A stretch of DNA of 16,503 nucleotides from Nanobdellati archaeon (GTDB lineage: Archaea; B1Sed10-29; JAGVWA01): NCBI GenBank assembly GCA_018304505.1, contig JAGVWA010000008.1:1-16503 (forward strand), in the 5' to 3' direction. Shown here piece by piece: positions 15,459-16,503 of the stretch (within the stretch, counting starts at the first letter, position 1; every line of letters begins with the position of its first letter). A model generated the notes under the pieces. That model was not told the origin of the DNA. It did not search any database and saw nothing but the letters and a program-made list of their open reading frames with translations. Position numbers and translations under genes: made by a program.

Positions 15459-15510
15459 CAAGACCAACAGAATCCAAATGCTTTTTAATTCTCCCCTCTT
15501 TCCCTAACGC

Positions 15511-16380
15511 ATGAACAAAAACCAGCTGCTTGCGTCAGTTGTTTTACTCTTCATGAGCGTGCAACTCATCGGCCTGTACACCGCCCAAAACTACCTACAA
15601 CTCGTAGAACAGGGCGAGCTGCCGCCTATTTTCGAAGACCCCAGCGACCCGGCAAACAGTGTTTTCTTTTTCGCGTACCTGCTCGCAGCCACGTTTGTCA
15701 TTATTCTGATTATAAAATACAAGATCATTTTGATGAAGGTCTTTGAAGCGCTGGCGATTTTCTTCGCGAGCGACATTGTTTTTGAATTAGCTTTGGGCGG
15801 AATCGGCTTTTGGCTAGCGGTTTCGTTGACACTGTGGAAAGTGCTGCGGCCGAGCATTGTCAGCCAAAACCTGGCGCTGATTTTCAGTGTAAGCGGCGCC
15901 GGCGCCGTCATCGGCGCGAGCCTCGAGGTTTTCCCAGTACTTGTATTCATGTCACTGCTGTCAATTTACGACTACGTTTCTGTGTTTATTACAAAGCACA
16001 TGGTTTACATGGCAAAGGCCCTTACTAAGGAGCCGATGGCGTTCACTGCCGCGTTTCCTTACGGCGATTGGAAACACATTGGGAACGGAAAGGCTTCAAA
16101 GGTAAAAACCGCAGTGCCAAAGGGCAAACAAAAAATACTCGCCACGGGTCACGTTTTCCAGCTCGGCGGCGGCGACTTAGTCATTCCATTGGTGTTCGCA
16201 GTGTCAGTATTCAATCAATATGGCTATATCAGCATGTTCCTAACCGTGATGGGGGCCCTCAGCGCGCTGTTCCTGCTTTTCTATACCCTGATCGACAGGC
16301 CTGGAAAAGCGCTGCCTGCACTGCCGCCGATTAGTGCGGGCGCTTGCATCGGTTTCTTGCTTAGCCTGCTTCTAATCTAA
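15511..16380 (+). CDS. Presenilin/signal-peptide-peptidase-family GxGD intramembrane aspartyl protease
   Basis: Multiple TM helices; catalytic YD (SIYDY), LGGGD and PALP motifs. Confidence 0.95.
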   Translation: MNKNQLLASVVLLFMSVQLIGLYTAQNYLQLVEQGELPPIFEDPSDPANSVFFFAYLLAATFVIILIIKYKIILMKVFEALAIFFASDIVFELALGGIGFWLAVSLTLWKVLRPSIVSQNLALIFSVSGAGAVIGASLEVFPVLVFMSLLSIYDYVSVFITKHMVYMAKALTKEPMAFTAAFPYGDWKHIGNGKASKVKTAVPKGKQKILATGHVFQLGGGDLVIPLVFAVSVFNQYGYISMFLTVMGALSALFLLFYTLIDRPGKALPALPPISAGACIGFLLSLLLI

Positions 16381-16405
16381 CCGCAAATAAATTAACTGTA
16401 GTTGG

Positions 16406-16437
16406 TTTAAACTGGTTGCAACCAGCGAATGTTGCAA
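16406..16437 (+). promoter_or_regulatory. TATA-like box followed by a 14-bp palindrome
   Basis: TTTAAA (16406-16411), CTGGTTGCAACCAG (16412-16425) and a second GTTGCAA (16431-16437). Confidence 0.45.
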
Positions 16438-16471
16438 AATCTATTTATTCTAGTTTGAGCAAAATAAAAGC

Positions 16472-16503
16472 ATGGATAACAAAATATTCGACGAAACGAA
16501 CAG
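16472..16503 (+). CDS. Possible start of the next gene (MDNKIFDETN...), truncated by the window edge
   Basis: ATG downstream of a promoter-like region, open to the window end. Confidence 0.35.
   Translation, partial: MDNKIFDETN

Noticed and set aside
5600-16334. Many antisense and alternative-frame ORFs inside the HD gene, alaS, mcm and other genes
   Set aside because: Shadow ORFs of well-supported genes, with no independent evidence.

Overview
Archaeal chromosomal window, probably DPANN-like. That placement is inferred from TATA/BRE promoters, GGTGA ribosome-binding sites, BHB tRNA introns, eL40/eL41 and an archaeal MCM. Core genes: rpl40e, tRNA-Glu(UUC) with two introns, rpl41e, tRNA-Leu(UAG) with a D-loop intron, an HD phosphohydrolase, alaS, two surface proteins, mcm and a presenilin-like GxGD protease. 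The left end holds a truncated HicA-like gene, two tandem orphan paralogs and three regulators (two TrmB-family, one CARF-like-wHTH). The most striking pattern is three separate inserts: a wHTH-MNT/HEPN toxin-antitoxin (TA) pair, an AbiE-like TA pair and a 102-bp hairpin element. Each lies between 18-24 bp direct repeats that duplicate the extreme 3' end of the upstream host gene. No integrase, transposase or terminal inverted repeat (TIR) is visible in the window. All calls are by eye; no searches were run.
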